Shown here in pieces: positions 27,231 to 41,306 of a DNA stretch of 64,000 nucleotides. Source of the stretch: Octopus vulgaris (lineage: Eukaryota); NCBI GenBank assembly GCA_951406725.2, contig OX597817.1, forward strand, positions 109,864,001 to 109,928,000, read 5' to 3'. Each line of letters begins with the position of its first letter. Within the stretch, counting starts at the first letter, position 1. Made by a program: the position numbers and the translations under genes. A model generated the notes under the pieces. That model was not told the origin of the DNA and ran no database searches. It saw only the letters and a list, made by a program, of their open reading frames with translations.

Positions 27231-28759
27231 AGAGAACATATACGTACGAGCATAAGCAAGAAGGATGGTAGGTCTGTTGAGTTGGTAAATGGGCTGTCCA
27301 AATGAAATATGAGTGTCCACTGCTACTTCCGTTCATTGGCTGAGAGAACACAGTTAAGAGTCAGCTGTGTTTCGTGAGAGAATCACAAGATATTCTCTCT
27401 CAAGTCATATTGATACAGTGCGAGATGCGATTAGTGTTGCCAAGTAGTCTGGAATTTGTGGAGACTTTAATACCAGTAAATATTATAGTGCCATGCAAAT
27501 AGTTATTATTGATCACTATATTTTCATATTTATTTTATTCTGATTTTATTTTTTACTTTTCTTAGACTTGACGAGTGGAAAGCGAAAGAGAGAGGGAGAA
27601 AGTGATTTTAATCTTCACCACATTCCATTACCAGAGTTTATGTCCCATATGCCTTTTGTGTTGGGTTGTTTTGTTTTTTATTGCTGTTTTTAGCCAAACA
27701 AGTGACGTTTTACAATCAGCAGTTTTCACCCAGTAGGATATCATTTGTCATTGAAGAACCATTTCTTGTTAAAGCTTCTAAATAAATAAATTTGTTGAGG
27801 GAAAAATAAAATAGTGATATATTTTGCCTGAGCACATGATTTTATAAGGAGTCATTGAATATTACAGGCATCTCTTTTATTGATCCTAAAGGTGATATGG
27901 AGGTTATATGGAAATTATTTAGTGATATTTGATATCTGGATGCAATATTTAGCATGTTCAACTGTTATTTCGATAGCTTCTTTGAAGGTTAATACATAGG
28001 GGATTTCTGACTGAAACGATTCTGCTCTGGAAATCGAAGGCTTGAATTCCTAAGATTATAGAGACATTTATTCAAACACCTCACTTTTTAATCTTGGCAA
28101 AAAACAAGGACTATTACATAGTGAGTCCAATAGATGTCGCATGGACGGTAATGTGCGCAAAAGTCCGCTTGGCGTCGAACAAATAAAAAAAAATCAATTC
28201 TTCTCAATTACAATATTTATAAATTATAGTAATGAACAGAGTTTAGCAGACATTCAAGCATGGGTATTCACAAAATACTTGTATTTTTTCAGTAGTACGC
28301 ATCTTTCATCCTAACCTACGTCTAGAATGTTTGAGCAGCTTCAATGCATGGAATTCTAACAGTGAAGAATAGTTGTTTATTTACAATTCTGCTAGAAATT
28401 TACAATTTCTGGTAGAAAACTTTCTCCTATACCATACGTGACATCAAAATACAAATTTTATTGCATAAGTTATTTGCAACTTTACTAAATTGAAATTCAT
28501 GAGATGTAGAGCTCATGTAGTAAGTATAGGTAGCAAAACCGAGGGTTTCATACTGAGTAGCAAAGTGAAGAGAGCTAACCGTCTTCCTCTGAAGGAGACG
28601 AATCATTTAACATATTCCTGTTAACAACAATAAATCATACTTGATGTTCAAGTAACACATACTCGATAACTTTCATGTACAACTTTTAATCAATTATATA
28701 AGACTTTATAAAACCGACTTTATTTCCCTCCTCCATATAAAAATGGAAAGGCTTGTGTG

Positions 28760-29060
28760 TGGAGGGAGGTGGCCTAGTGTGCATGAATATATACAGCGTG
28801 TATGAACAGATCATGGTTTCAATTCCTAGACAGATCGGTGCGTTGTGTTCTTGAGCAAAACACTTCATCTCACGTCGCTCTGCGATCACGTAGACACCTA
28901 ACGCGTGGTATACAGTACACCTGTTCATACAACGTCGATTTGATGGAGAGCGAACTAATGTACAGCACGAATATTCGGTCACTATAAACAAATCATTTGC
29001 ATGGATCGTTGGGCAAAAACTTAACTCTCATACGTCTTCTTCGATGGGAGAGGCCATCAC
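28760..29060 (+). mobile_element. SINE, family C-type head with a different tail
   Basis: GTGGAGGGAGGTGGCCTAGTG...GGTTTCAATTCC...TTGTGTTCTTGAGCAAAACACTTCATCTCACGT matches the 32318 head and core. Confidence 0.75.
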
Positions 29061-29067
29061 ACAGACA

Positions 29068-29102
<35 letters not shown>

Positions 29103-29188
29103 CAAGTTTGTATGCCTGTCTGTAAGTATATAAACGCAGAGGTCGTAGCTGTGTATGCATTTATAAAGTATTATGATTATATAGAATA

Positions 29189-29353
29189 TAGACGTAGAAC
29201 TGGCTGTGTGGTAAGTAGCTTGCTTACCAACCAACATGGTTTCGGGTTCAGTCCCACTGCGTGGCACCTTGGGCAAGTGTCTTCTACTATAGCCTCGGCC
29301 GGACCAGAACCTTGTGAGTGGATTTGGTAGACGGAAACTGAAAGAGGCCAGTA

Positions 29354-29418
<65 letters not shown>

Positions 29419-29610
29419 TGTGTCTGTGTTTGTTCCCCCAACATCACCTGTTTACGTCCCTGTAACTTAGCGGTTTGGCAAAAGTGACCGATAGAATAAG
29501 TACTAAGCTTACAAAGAATAAGTCCTGGAGGCGATTTGCTCGACTAAAGGCGATGCTCCAGCATGGCCACAGTCAAATGACTGAAACAAGTAAAAGAGCT
29601 TAAAAGAGTA
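29189..29610 (+). mobile_element. SINE family A, near full length
   Basis: Head, internal (TG)n and 3' end AATGACTGAAACAAGTAAAAGAG. Confidence 0.93.
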
Positions 29611-29658
29611 AATATATACAAGCACACACACGCGCACACGTACACACTCACGCACTCA

Positions 29659-29694
<36 letters not shown>

Positions 29695-30016
29695 CAAAGT
29701 CGAAGCAAGAACAGCGTATCTCATCCTAATAAGTGATAGGCAGACGCAGTGAAGCTGGTTTGCAATGACAGCTGCAACTACTGAAACACAAGTAAAAGCA
29801 TTACTTCGACAACCACTATCCCACCAAATATTTGATTTATGTATTGTAAGAATGCTACTGAAAATACTACTAAGATGCTGAAGTGAAATAAATGTGAGAG
29901 GTGGTGGGCAAAAAGTACTTATAAGTCAACTACGAAACATGACAGCTGATGAAAACGATGTTATTTTAAAAGTGTTGTTATTGCTGTTGCTGTTGATGAT
30001 GGTGATTCAATTGTAC

Positions 30017-30044
30017 TGTTGTTGTTGTTTTTTTTTTGTTGTTG

Positions 30045-30076
<32 letters not shown>

Positions 30077-30123
30077 GGTGGTGGTGGTGGTGGTGGTGGT
30101 GGTGGTGGTGGTGGTGGTGGTGG

Positions 30124-30154
<31 letters not shown>

Positions 30155-30657
30155 GGTGGTGGTGCTGGTGGTGGTGGTGCTGCTGGTGGTGGCGGTGGCG
30201 GTGGTGGTGCTGGTGGTGCTGGTGGTGCTGGTGCTGGTGCTGGTGCTGGTGATGCTGGTGGTGCTGGTGGTGCTGGTGCTGGTGCTGGTGGCGGTGATGG
30301 TGCTGGTGGTGCTGGTGGTGGTGGTGGTGGTGGTGCTGGTGGTGGTGCTGGTGGTGCTGGTGCTGGTGGTGCTGGTGGTGGTGCTGGTGCTGGTGCTGGT
30401 GGTGGTGGTGGTGGTACTGGTGGTGGTGGTGGTGGTGCTGGTGCTGGTGGTGCTGGTGGTGGTGCTGGTGCTGGTGCTGGTGGTGGTGGTGGTGCTGGTA
30501 CTGGTGCTGGTGCTGGTGGTGCTGGTGCTGGTGGTGCTGGTGGTGGTGCTGGTGATGCTGGTGGTGCTGGTGGTGCTGGTGCTGGTGCTGGTGGCGGTGC
30601 TGGTGCTGGTGGTGCTGGTGGTGGTGGTGCTGGTGGTGGTGGTGGTGGTGGTGGTGG

Positions 30658-30688
<31 letters not shown>

Positions 30689-30818
30689 GGTGGTGGTGGT
30701 GGTGCTGGTGGTGGTGGTGGTGGTGCTGGTTGTGGTTCTGGTGCTGGTGGTGGTGGTGGTGGTGGTGCTGGTACTGGTGGTGGTAGTGGTGGTGCTGGTG
30801 CTGGTGGTGGTGCTGGTG
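30017..30818. repeat. Long compound (GTT)n/(GGT)n/(GCT)n trinucleotide repeat
   Basis: About 800 bp almost entirely of GGT/GCT triplets; produces the Gly/Ala, poly-Val and Trp/Cys ORFs. Confidence 0.95.
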
Positions 30819-30936
30819 TAATTGTTAATTTCTGCGTTCTTATTGCTGGTGTATTTGTTTTACTCTATCCACTGCTGCTTCGCCACTTTGCGTTTTTGTT
30901 TTTTGCTTTTTGCTCTTTTTTAATGATTCTCTTCGA

Positions 30937-31400
30937 GTTGCTGTGTGGTAAAAAGCTTGATTCCCAACCACATGGTTCTATGGTTCTGGGTTCAGTCCCA
31001 CTGCGTGGCACCTTCGGTAAGTGTCTTCCTCTATAGCCTTGGGGTGACAAAGGCCCTGTGAGTGGATTTGGTAAACGGAAACTGAAAGAAGCACATCGTA
31101 TATATATAAACATATATGTGTGTGTGTGTGTGTGTGTATGTGTGTATTTATATATGTGTGTGTGTATGTATGTATTTATATGTTTGTGTGTGTGTGTGTA
31201 CCCTGCCATCACTTGACAACCGATGCTTGTGTGCTTATGTCTCTCGCAACCTAGCGGCTCGGCAAAAAAAAACGATAGAATAAGTACCAGTCTTACAAAG
31301 AATATGCCCTGGTGTCGATTTCTTCGACTATAACCCTTTAAAGCGGTGCTCCAGCATGGCTGCAGTCGAGTGACTGAAACAATTAAAAGAATAAAAGAAT
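30937..31400 (+). mobile_element. SINE family A
   Basis: GCTGTGTGGTAAAAAGCTTGATTCCCAACC...GGGTTCAGTCCCACTGCGTGGCACC...TGACTGAAACAATTAAAAGAATAAAAGAAT. Confidence 0.92.
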
Positions 31401-32317
31401 ATTAATTGTTTTTATTTAGTGGCTGTCATTGTGTTGTTAGTTCCATTGTATTATTTCTGCTATTGTTTTTTTTTTCTTTTCAAGCATTTTTCTATAGTTC
31501 CTTTAGTGTGTTGTTCCTAACCTTTCCGTGTATTTTATTCTTCCTTCTGGTTTATTGTTTCAGAATTGAAATTTTTGATAAATATTTCCTCCCAACATTG
31601 TCTTTCAAGACGTGTAAGCTTGAGAGTAATTTAACTGTTGATTTTTGTATAGTGGCAGTGTTTGTATTGGTGATGATGGTTGATTGGTCGTGTGGGTGAA
31701 GACAGTGTTGTTGGTTTGTTGAGAATGGTAAAAATGATTTATGGAAACTTAGATTTAGATGCGTTTAGAGTTGATAAAATTGTAATTGATTTATGGTGTT
31801 TCTGTTATTTAGTTGTTAGTGGTGGTGATGATAGTGGTGACGTTGCTGCTGCTGTAGCTGCTACTGCTGCTGGTGATGATGATGCTGATCATCATCATCA
31901 TGATCATGATCATGATGATGATTAGCTTTCAGCTAATCTTGATCAAACAGATCTCTGCTCAAGGCGACTAAACAGAAGATACCCAGCCTTGAGGGAATAG
32001 TGTGTACACATACACACGCGCGCACAACACACACACATACCTGCACACACACACACACACATAAACCCACACGCATACACAAATATGCATATACACACAT
32101 GTGTGTGTGTATGACTACATTGTCCAATGTACCTTTTTTATTTTAAGATTTTTAAGAGATTTGAAGACAGTAAGGCGAAATTTGGTAGACTTTGGCTACT
32201 ATTTCAAGCAAGTCGAGGACTGTGTAATGGCTTCCACGTTGGCTCGTTGACGGTTCTCTAATATAGCATACAATTAGTAAGGAAATACCCCTTTTTGCCT
32301 CCTCTATATACCTCTTC

Positions 32318-32580
32318 AGTGGAGGCGCGTGGTTTAGTGGTTAGGGTGTCAGCATCATGATCGTAAGATAGTGGTTTCGATACCTGGACCGGGCGACGCG
32401 CTGTATTCTTGAGCAAAACACTTCATTTCACGTTGCTCCAGTCCACTCAGCTGGCAAAAATGAGTAACGCTGCGATGGACTGGCGTTCTATCCAGCTGGG
32501 GAACACATACACCATTGAAACCGGGAAACCGGGCCCATGAGCCTGACTAGGCTTTAAGAGGATGAATTTATTTTTATTAT
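32318..32580 (+). mobile_element. SINE family C, full length, perfect 13-bp TSD
   Basis: tRNA-like head GGAGGCGCGTGGTTTAGTGGTTAGGG...GGTTTCGATACC; core CTTGAGCAAAACACTT..TGCTCCAGTCCACTCAGCTG and CTGCGATGGACTGGCG (V/Meta-SINE-like); TSD TATATACCTCTTC at 32305-32317 and 32581-32593. Confidence 0.93.
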
Positions 32581-32821
32581 TATATACCTCTTCTACCAGC
32601 ATTATAATGGCTTCTGTTTCTCTGAGCTGATGGACTCATCATAGCTAAAGCATTCCCAACCTATTGGTTTCTCCTCTTCTCATCATCTGTCTTATGTTTA
32701 ATCCTCTAGTACACACACTAAACACTACGCCCATTCGATCCTTACCAGAACGTCAATCTTCTGGATTTCCCTCCCTGCTCATATCTTTCTGCGTTGTTTA
32801 CTTGCAAAGTTTCATGAGAAT

Positions 32822-32970
32822 CATTAATGGCATCAATCTCACTGGTTTGGTAGAGCTATTTGCAGCGAAGAACATTAATGGTGTTAATTTCACTAGTTTG
32901 AGAGAGCCATAGGCAGTAAGAAACATTAATGATATCAATCTAACTGATCTGAGAGAGCCATAGATAGTGT
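32822..32970. repeat. 51-bp minisatellite, about 3 copies
   Basis: CATTAATG at 32822, 32873 and 32924, each followed by similar TYAATYTMACT..TYTG..AGAGC.AT. Confidence 0.85.
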
Positions 32971-34269
32971 CCAAACAAATAAAAATATACTTTAGTGTTC
33001 CTTTTTCCTTGGAACCATTTCTTTTTAATAGAATTTACCTTTCAGTAAGTTTGAGTGAACAGTGTTCAATGAAAATACCGTTAAAGCTTCGTTCAAGGAA
33101 GCAATGACCATTGTAATAACAAGTGATACAGAAAATTTACACTTCAAAGTGTTGACAGAGAAACTTATAAATGCAATAAAGAGTGAACTGTTAGTTGTTA
33201 TCGTTTAGTTTAAACAGTGTCAAAAATATCAAACTTAAGGGTAATTTACCATAAATACTCTTATTCGGGACATAACATCGATGGGATTGAAATTTTTGTT
33301 TGCCTCTTGAGAACAATGTCTTAATTAATAAATAGCTCGAAACTGCTGGATTTCCTTGTTAACGATGCAGGTTAGGAAGATGTGTTGATTTATTCATCTT
33401 CTTGCTTTAGCTATTATTTGTATGGGTTCTGTAGCTATTCTGACAGCTGTCATCGTCACTAAACCCACCAGCGTGTGTTTTGTTCCATAATTATACCACT
33501 ACTGATGTTTTACCTTATTGAAACTTTTAACTGCCCAATTATACTTTATTCCATTCTAATAATTCTTATTAATCATTCTCTACATTAAACGGTGGTTTGA
33601 CAGCCTGCAGCTTCCCCATTCGTTCGAATATTATGTGGCGGTTGCATCAGGAAAGAAAAACAGGAAGAAATTCAATGTGTTAATTTCGTTTCTTCCGCAT
33701 CATACACTATCCTCGAACTCTAAGTGTGTTCTATAGACTGTACACGTAAGTGCACATACGACATTAGTTCTAACATTGATTAGGTTATGCATCTAACCGA
33801 TGTATAGATTTCTTCAACGAAGCACTATTTAGCTTCTTATATTACCGCTTCTTTATCGCTTCAATTCACCTTCTCCGGATCAAGTCCGTATCGTTAAGAA
33901 CTTCCGAAAGAATTCGGAATTAATGTTCCACCACTTCACACTGGGTGACTTTCTCTGCATTCCCATAATTGACCAACTGTTGCTTTTCAGCTGGTGGTGT
34001 TTGTCTAAACAGTAACACCCTTCTATAATTGATCAACTGTTGTTTCGTATTAGACTTAGTGGAACCAGTCTTATCTTTGCTATGGCAACTGAAGATTTTC
34101 ATTGGAACAAATTTGTTAGCACCAATTGCCTCAATTTTACATTTATATAATTGTATCAAATATAGAATAATGCGATAGTTTGTATACTACATGATAGAAG
34201 TGATCTGATACACACTCGCACACGCACGCACACACACACTCTCTCTCTCTATCTCTCTCTTTCTCTCTC

Positions 34270-34336
<67 letters not shown>

Positions 34337-35233
34337 AAATTTTATGATCCCAATGGGGACTGTAGCTTTATCGTGGACAATCATAAATACAGAAATTTCC
34401 AAATTGTCTCAATAACCTCTCGTGAGTTTTTAAAACATAATTAAATTGTAAATGTGTATTTATGTGCTTGTATGTATAAATTTTAATGTGCCTATGTGTA
34501 GTATGCTCCTAAAAAGATGGGATGGTCTGTTTGAGCAACATTTCTAATGTGACAATTATTTGACGTTTTCTGATTTGAACAACCTATTTTGAGGGCAGGG
34601 AATTAGTCGATACCATCAGCATCGGTTCTTGACTAGTACTTTATGGTATCGACCCCTAAAGAATGAAAACCAACGTTGACCTTAGAAGAACCTTGCTACA
34701 GTCATGCAAAAGAAAAAAAACTATACCTGGTTTCAATGCATTTAAGGAGTGTAACTTTTTTAAAGAAAAATGTGTCTAGAATTATAATTCCACTTCTTAT
34801 ATATTACCGTAGCCTGCGAATGGTTCAAGAATGTTTGCAAGCACACATTTACCTGTTAGCTACAACCACAACAAAAAATCATGGATAACTAAACGAGTCT
34901 TTGAAGATTGGTTCTTGTACAGCTTTGTTCACCAGCTAAAGAAATATTGAAATAAGAAGAAAATTACATTCAAAATGTTTAATTTTAGATAATCTCATAG
35001 CAACCAATTCGTGTTACCGAACGGTTTCATGTTGAAGAACCTTCCGTGTCTAAAAGGATGGACTGTGCCTGTAATTTAAAGATTCAATCGTATCATTTTA
35101 CATCATGCTAATTCGGCTTGAGATACTGTGACTATGGAATGTTAGGTTACTTACATGCTAATTTAGTGATGTCAATTTGATCGAATGAATGGTTGCCGAA
35201 GCCAGCGGAGATCCATTAATACGTACGTGTGAG

Positions 35234-35267
<34 letters not shown>

Positions 35268-38200
35268 TGTATGTATGTATGTATGTATGTATGTATGTAT
35301 GTATGTATGTATGTGCGTATTACACACAAATCTCAAGTTGAAAATCTCTTCAAAGTATCAAAATACATTAAAATAGTCTCCAGAAAATGTAATGTTCAAC
35401 TGTGAGAAAATATATTTTTGTTCATTCGAACGGCAATAACTAAACTGAAATATTATGGGATAGATTTGGGTTTCAGGAAAATAAATTAACAGTTTTATTA
35501 GTTTTATGAAAGGAAATATTCTATGATGAAGAAGGAAATAGTTTGTTTTTGTTTTGTTTTGTTTTTTTTTTTGCTTTGATTTCTTATTCATAGACAATTA
35601 TCTATTTAATGTGATGAGTTTCTTTACTAAATAAAAATGTTGCCAAGATGGCGGAAACAATATTTTGAATATCTTATTCCAAGTTGTATAATGCCCACAG
35701 CGTTTCTTGGTAAAGAATTTTAGAAAAAGAGGTTTTAAATGTAGTCAAATATTTAATGTTTAAGTATTTAATGTTTATTGAGATGTAGAGCAGAAAAATT
35801 ATGATCATTTATACTTTTGATATAATATACACGTAGCAATAATAACAGTAATAGGTAAGTAACTAATGATATAATAATGTTTAACATAGCTCTAAGTGCA
35901 GACGTTTTGAGGGTAAGTATAGTCGACTAGATTGAATTCAGTTCTAACGCTAGTGACCATCGAAAGGTTGGAAAATAAAATCAACCTTGATGAGCTCTTT
36001 TCTTCTTGTTTGCTATTCTATTGCTATTCGCATCAAGGGTATTTTATAAGAATATTAAATTGACACTAGTAATTGACTAGTACTTTATTTTATCGTCTTC
36101 AGAAGAGTTAAAGGCAAAGTTTACCTCAGCAGGATTTGAATTCAGCTATTTTATCCGAAACCGTAAGGAGTCTATTAGTCCACGGCACCGGGCTGATAAA
36201 AAAAAATATGATAGAAATATAAATGAGATAGAAATATAAATAAAATAAACAAAAAATGAATAACATCTAAGAAGATCGGTGGCAGTTAGTGTCAGAAAAC
36301 ATTGTATTTATTGATATAAAAGGAAAATTACTTATGTTAGTACGCCGTTGTGTTGATGAGCCGTTTCCGACGTTCCGGTCAAAGTCCTTCCTCGATGAGT
36401 GAGAAAAATATTAGTATGTTTTTACCATTAAGGATCACGACAGAGCAAAAGAGGCGGGAAGTAGTAGTTGTTTACGTGTACATGTAAGAGAGGAAAGCAC
36501 TCGGGGAGAGAGAGAGAGGGTGAAAGAGAAGTGATGGAAGACGGAAGAGAGAGCATAAGCAGCATCTGTAATATATACGTTAGTCAGTGTCTTCGGAAGG
36601 CTTCAAATTTCCATGACAAAACTCATGGTTACATTTTATTTAGAAAGAATAAAGTTTGTCTTATATTCCTTGAAATACAATGCATGCAATTTTCTATGAC
36701 CGACATTTAACAGCATTTTTTATCTGTACAAAACAGTATTATCATTTCTTTTCTGTAGCAAGTTCTTAAAACTTGCGAAACACATGTATTTAAATACTTC
36801 TGAGCGTCAAAATTAATCTTATAAGAATCAATGATTTACTTACAAATAGTCCACTTAATAACAAGTTATGGAGACATAATTATATCAAACTACATAGTAT
36901 TTATCAAGGAAATGTATACAAATAACAGAAGTTCGATAAATTAGAATTTTTCATCAAACGACAGAAAGAAATATTTTGACACGTTGAGGATTTCATATCA
37001 TTGTTATTTTTGCTTTACTTTTTAATGCAAAAGAGAAGAAAATATATTTAACATTATATTGCAAAATGCACGTTACGAGAAGTAATATCTATTCTTATTA
37101 GTTATAGTTTGGCAACTTAAGACCAGCTTATTAATGCTGTACTTAAAGAAGATTGATAACTTTCATGCGGCGATCAAATTGATGTCCATCATATCAATCT
37201 TTTCACTTGAACAAAATAGACCAGGATACAGAAAATATAATAAGCTTATACGAAAAGTATCTAGAGAATAACGGTGAGAATATGAGAAGGTATCTCATTA
37301 CAAACAATAATGCTTTATTGAATTTTGAAGAGAAATGAGGAGTTTTAGGTGAAACTAATGACATACAATTGTATTCAATTCCAAATGACTATTCATGTAT
37401 GTGACAATATTAAAGTCAATATCTCACCAAATCGTCTCTTTAATGGGGAAAATCCAAGGAATGCGGATGGGTATAAACAATCGCTCACTCAAATTCGATA
37501 GGAGAAAATTGTATCTAAAGATAATTTTCAGGTATACTTGGTGACAAGTTTTCAATTACTAACTACTTTATTTCATTAAATTTGTCATGAAGATAATACA
37601 TAGATTGGGTATCTTTGCGGGCTGGACAAGACATTAATGAAATGAATGATAATGATACAATGATGATAGGGAGGAGAGAAGACAGAAAGCGCCCGCCGAC
37701 CCTCTGCTTCTCTATAACATTGTTCTTTAACAATAATTAGATGAGTCAATGAACCTCTTACAATTCGTCTAAAATGACAACAATATTAATCATTATAAAT
37801 ATATATATATTTCGGCGCTAAGCCTATTCTTCTTCGCCCCTGACCAGGCTGTAAGCTGCCCCTAGGTACTGTTAGCCATTTTCTGTTTGTGGCGTGTTTA
37901 ATTTGTGATCGACTGGTACCTAGCAGCCATGATAATCAGCTTTGTAATTAGTGTCATGGACTACACTCAGTAGATGAACGAGAAAGTTGCTGAATCTTCC
38001 CTGAAGCTGAGCAGTGAAGTGACTTTCCTAATATTCTCCAGATCCATGAAAATACTTGAAATTAGTACAGTAAGCTAACGAGACAGTCATTAATTACGCA
38101 GTACATACAAGTACGTAGATTAAAACAATAGGAGTAATGTCTTAGCCAATTAACCAACAATGGTGGGATCGAACTGTAGACACTGTGATCACCGTTTAAA

Positions 38201-38754
38201 GATTTCATAATTATCTCTTTATAATGTCTATTTACATGTAAGTGAACTAAGTCACTGAAATTTAAATGTTATGATAAAAATAAATCATTGATAAAGGAAT
38301 GTGGAACATATACCATTCGAATAGTGGATATTTTATTTCATTGATTCCCAGTGCAGCGAAACACAATTTATCATAGATTCATATTTATTCGAATACACAC
38401 ACGTACACATACACACACACACACGTATGTTTATATGAAACAGATGTATGCGTGTATGTTGGCATGCAGCTCTGTGTATTTCCATAGATGCTTTTTACAT
38501 ATTTAGGAACTTTTGTGTGAATAACTATGCAGCTATATACATACTTTTGTAGCATAGAAAATATCCATTTGTGACGTAAGAAGTCTATGTACGGGTGTAT
38601 ATATGCATATATATATACATGTATATATGCATATATATACATACATACATATATATATATATATTCTGTGAATATGTATGCAAATATATGCAGACACATG
38701 TGCATGTATGAATATATATATATATACACACACACGCGCACACACACAGAGACA

Positions 38755-38833
<79 letters not shown>

Positions 38834-38837
<4 letters not shown>

Positions 38838-39688
38838 GGTGCGGAGAATAAACTGTCGTCTATATTTCGCAAAAAGGAAAATAACACTGACATCTCATTT
38901 TAACAAATATATTGACTAAAATTACATAAAAACCTCTTAAAATACTAAACAGTAAATTTATTCAATAAAAATCGCCATTCGCGTCTACCAGGGTCTCCAG
39001 ACGACTTCAGAATCTCCTGCAACCCTTCTGGACGGTCTCCTTGTTTAAGTTGGTGACTGCTACTATAATCTTTGCTTTCAGTTCATCTTTGGTGTTACAA
39101 GGAGTTTTGCTGGTTTCTTGCTCAACTGCACCCACACATGATAATCAAGGGGGTTAGGTGGCTAAATGTTAGGAGTGATGTGGTCGCAGAAATTGTCTGA
39201 AAGCCATTACTGAGTGTGTGGCATGGTGCAGAGTCTTGTTGCCAGACATAAGGTATTCCAGTAGCCACCCACTTGATCCATGGTAGCACTACCTCATCCA
39301 GATACTTGATGTAAGCCTCTGTGTTGAGTCTGAGGCCGTGTGGGAAGATGAATGGAGGCATAACGTCGCCATCACTAGTAATCACTCCAAACACCATGAT
39401 GTTGACTGGATATTTGATTTTTATCACTCTCGGTACATGTCCTCAGATTGCACTATCCTCAGATTGACACCCAAACACTCTGTAATGTTCGTATTGGAGC
39501 TTCCAGTGCGAATGCCAAGCAGTACAGCATATCGTTTCCAAATTTATGGCAGAGTGAATTGCGTTATGGTGCTGTTTTTCTCACAGATGGTGCCCAACTG
39601 ACCTTACTATACTGTGTATTCGACAAAATCAAAAACAATGCGCAAAATTAGAAATATCAAATGTTGACAATTCACCCATCGCAGTCTG
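38834..39688 (-). mobile_element. Internally deleted maT (DD37D-type Tc1/mariner) element
   Basis: MVFGVITSDGDVMPPFIFPHGLRLNTEAYIKYLDEVVLPW..YVWQQDSAPCHT..PLDYHVW.AVEQET. Imperfect TIRs TA|CAGGGTGCGGAGAATAAACTGTC and (reverse complement) TA|CAGACTGCGATGGGTGAATTGTC. Confidence 0.87.
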
Positions 39689-39691
39689 TAA

Positions 39692-39735
<44 letters not shown>

Positions 39736-40079
39736 GCATGCATTCATTCATGAATACACGTATACATAAATGACTTTTCTGGAATGAAAATGTACACATG
39801 TGTGTAGATTGTACGCCCATCCCCACTACCACCACCCACGCGCTCTCTCACACACACGCACATGCACAGTGTAATCGCACACACTTTTATACTATAATGA
39901 GAGGGATACCTCCATGACATAACTGCAAGTATATTCACAAGTTCACTTACATATTCACAAACCGTGAGACTGTCTAGACTCAATAGAAAAAAAAGGCTTT
40001 CTAACAGCTTCAATTCTGTGAAAAATAAGTTAAATAAATAAAAACACATCCGGAGTTACATACATATGTATACGTATGC

Positions 40080-40112
<33 letters not shown>

Positions 40113-40692
40113 CATACATACATACATACATACATGCATACATATACAACCGATCTTAAAATACTATGAGTCAACTCAACCAGTAAAGCCAACTCCGCCA
40201 TCATTAATACTATCATTGTCGATGCTAGTGGAAGTGATGTTATCATTTCAATCGTAGTTATTTCTACGTTATGTTTTATATAAAGGTCAGTGTACATTTT
40301 TTTTTAATATTCTCTAAGGCAATCAAATTTAAATGATTATGAGTTCTTTTAACGTTTTCAATTCATTGAATAATTACCATTATGACAACACATAACTTTC
40401 GAACGGAATATGTCTGCAAAAAGTCAGACGATGTAACATTGGTTATAGAGTTAAAGCATTACTATAAACAGAAATGAGAATTTTTGATTCGTTACAGAAA
40501 CAGAGTTAATTCAATTTGGCTGTTAGTTTTTAAGATAATTATTCAAATGAAGAAACAAATAAATCTAATGAAATAAATTCATGATTAAAAGAATATAATT
40601 TTTTGCAGAAAAATGAAATATTATTTAAGCTGTGAGGTTATGAATGGGTATGTGCTGATACACACTAATATGTGTATATGCCAACATACATT

Positions 40693-40892
40693 CGTACAAG
40701 GCCAGCAAGTTTTGGTGGGGAGTAAGCTGATAACATAAACCCCAGTGCTCAGCTGATACTTATTTTATGAACCCGAAAGGATGAAAGGTAAAGTCGACGT
40801 CGGCGAAATTTGAACTCGGAACGTAAAGACGGATGAAATGCTGCTAAGATTTTGTCCGGTATGCTAACGATTTTGCCCAACTCGCCGCCTTT
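40693..40892 (-). mobile_element. SINE family B
   Basis: CCCGAAAGGATGAAAGGTAAAGTCGACGTCGGCGAAATTTGAACTCGGAACGTAAAGAC...CTCGCCGCC. A more degenerate copy follows at about 41005-41150. Confidence 0.87.
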
Positions 40893-41306
40893 ACATAGAT
40901 ATATGTATAAGTGTATGTGAGCAGGCATGCGTGTGTGTTCTAGTTAATATAAAAATAAGAAGACAATATTCAATATATATTAAGTTTAAGAAATGCTTCT
41001 AATATAAGAACAAGGCCAGAAATTTGAGGGAGAAGTTGGTCGTTTGAATCGATCCCAGAACTTGACATGTACTTTATTGACTCCGGGGGGATGCCAAGCA
41101 AAGCTGAACTCCATAGGATTTCAACTCAGAGTTTAAAAAGCTGGATAAGATAGCACCGGGTCCTTTAGTACCTTTAGCAGAGTCCACTCTGTTGCAAACA
41201 TTCAAGCCAGGGTTCCGGTTGGCGATATCGTCTGTCTTTCATCCCACTAGTCTCAACAGCCTTGAAAAAATCAAATGGCCATGGGTGCTACCTATATCTT
41301 CTAAGC

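Noticed and set aside
29894-31036. 380-aa Gly/Ala-rich ORF as a structural protein gene
   Set aside because: Non-ATG start, near-exclusive GGT/GCT codons, long open stretches in other frames too, and a C-terminus that runs into a SINE: a trinucleotide repeat.
36365-36400. Hammerhead-like TCGAGGAAGGACTTTGACCGGAACGTC (minus strand)
   Set aside because: Mismatches in both core boxes and in stem II; at best a dead remnant.
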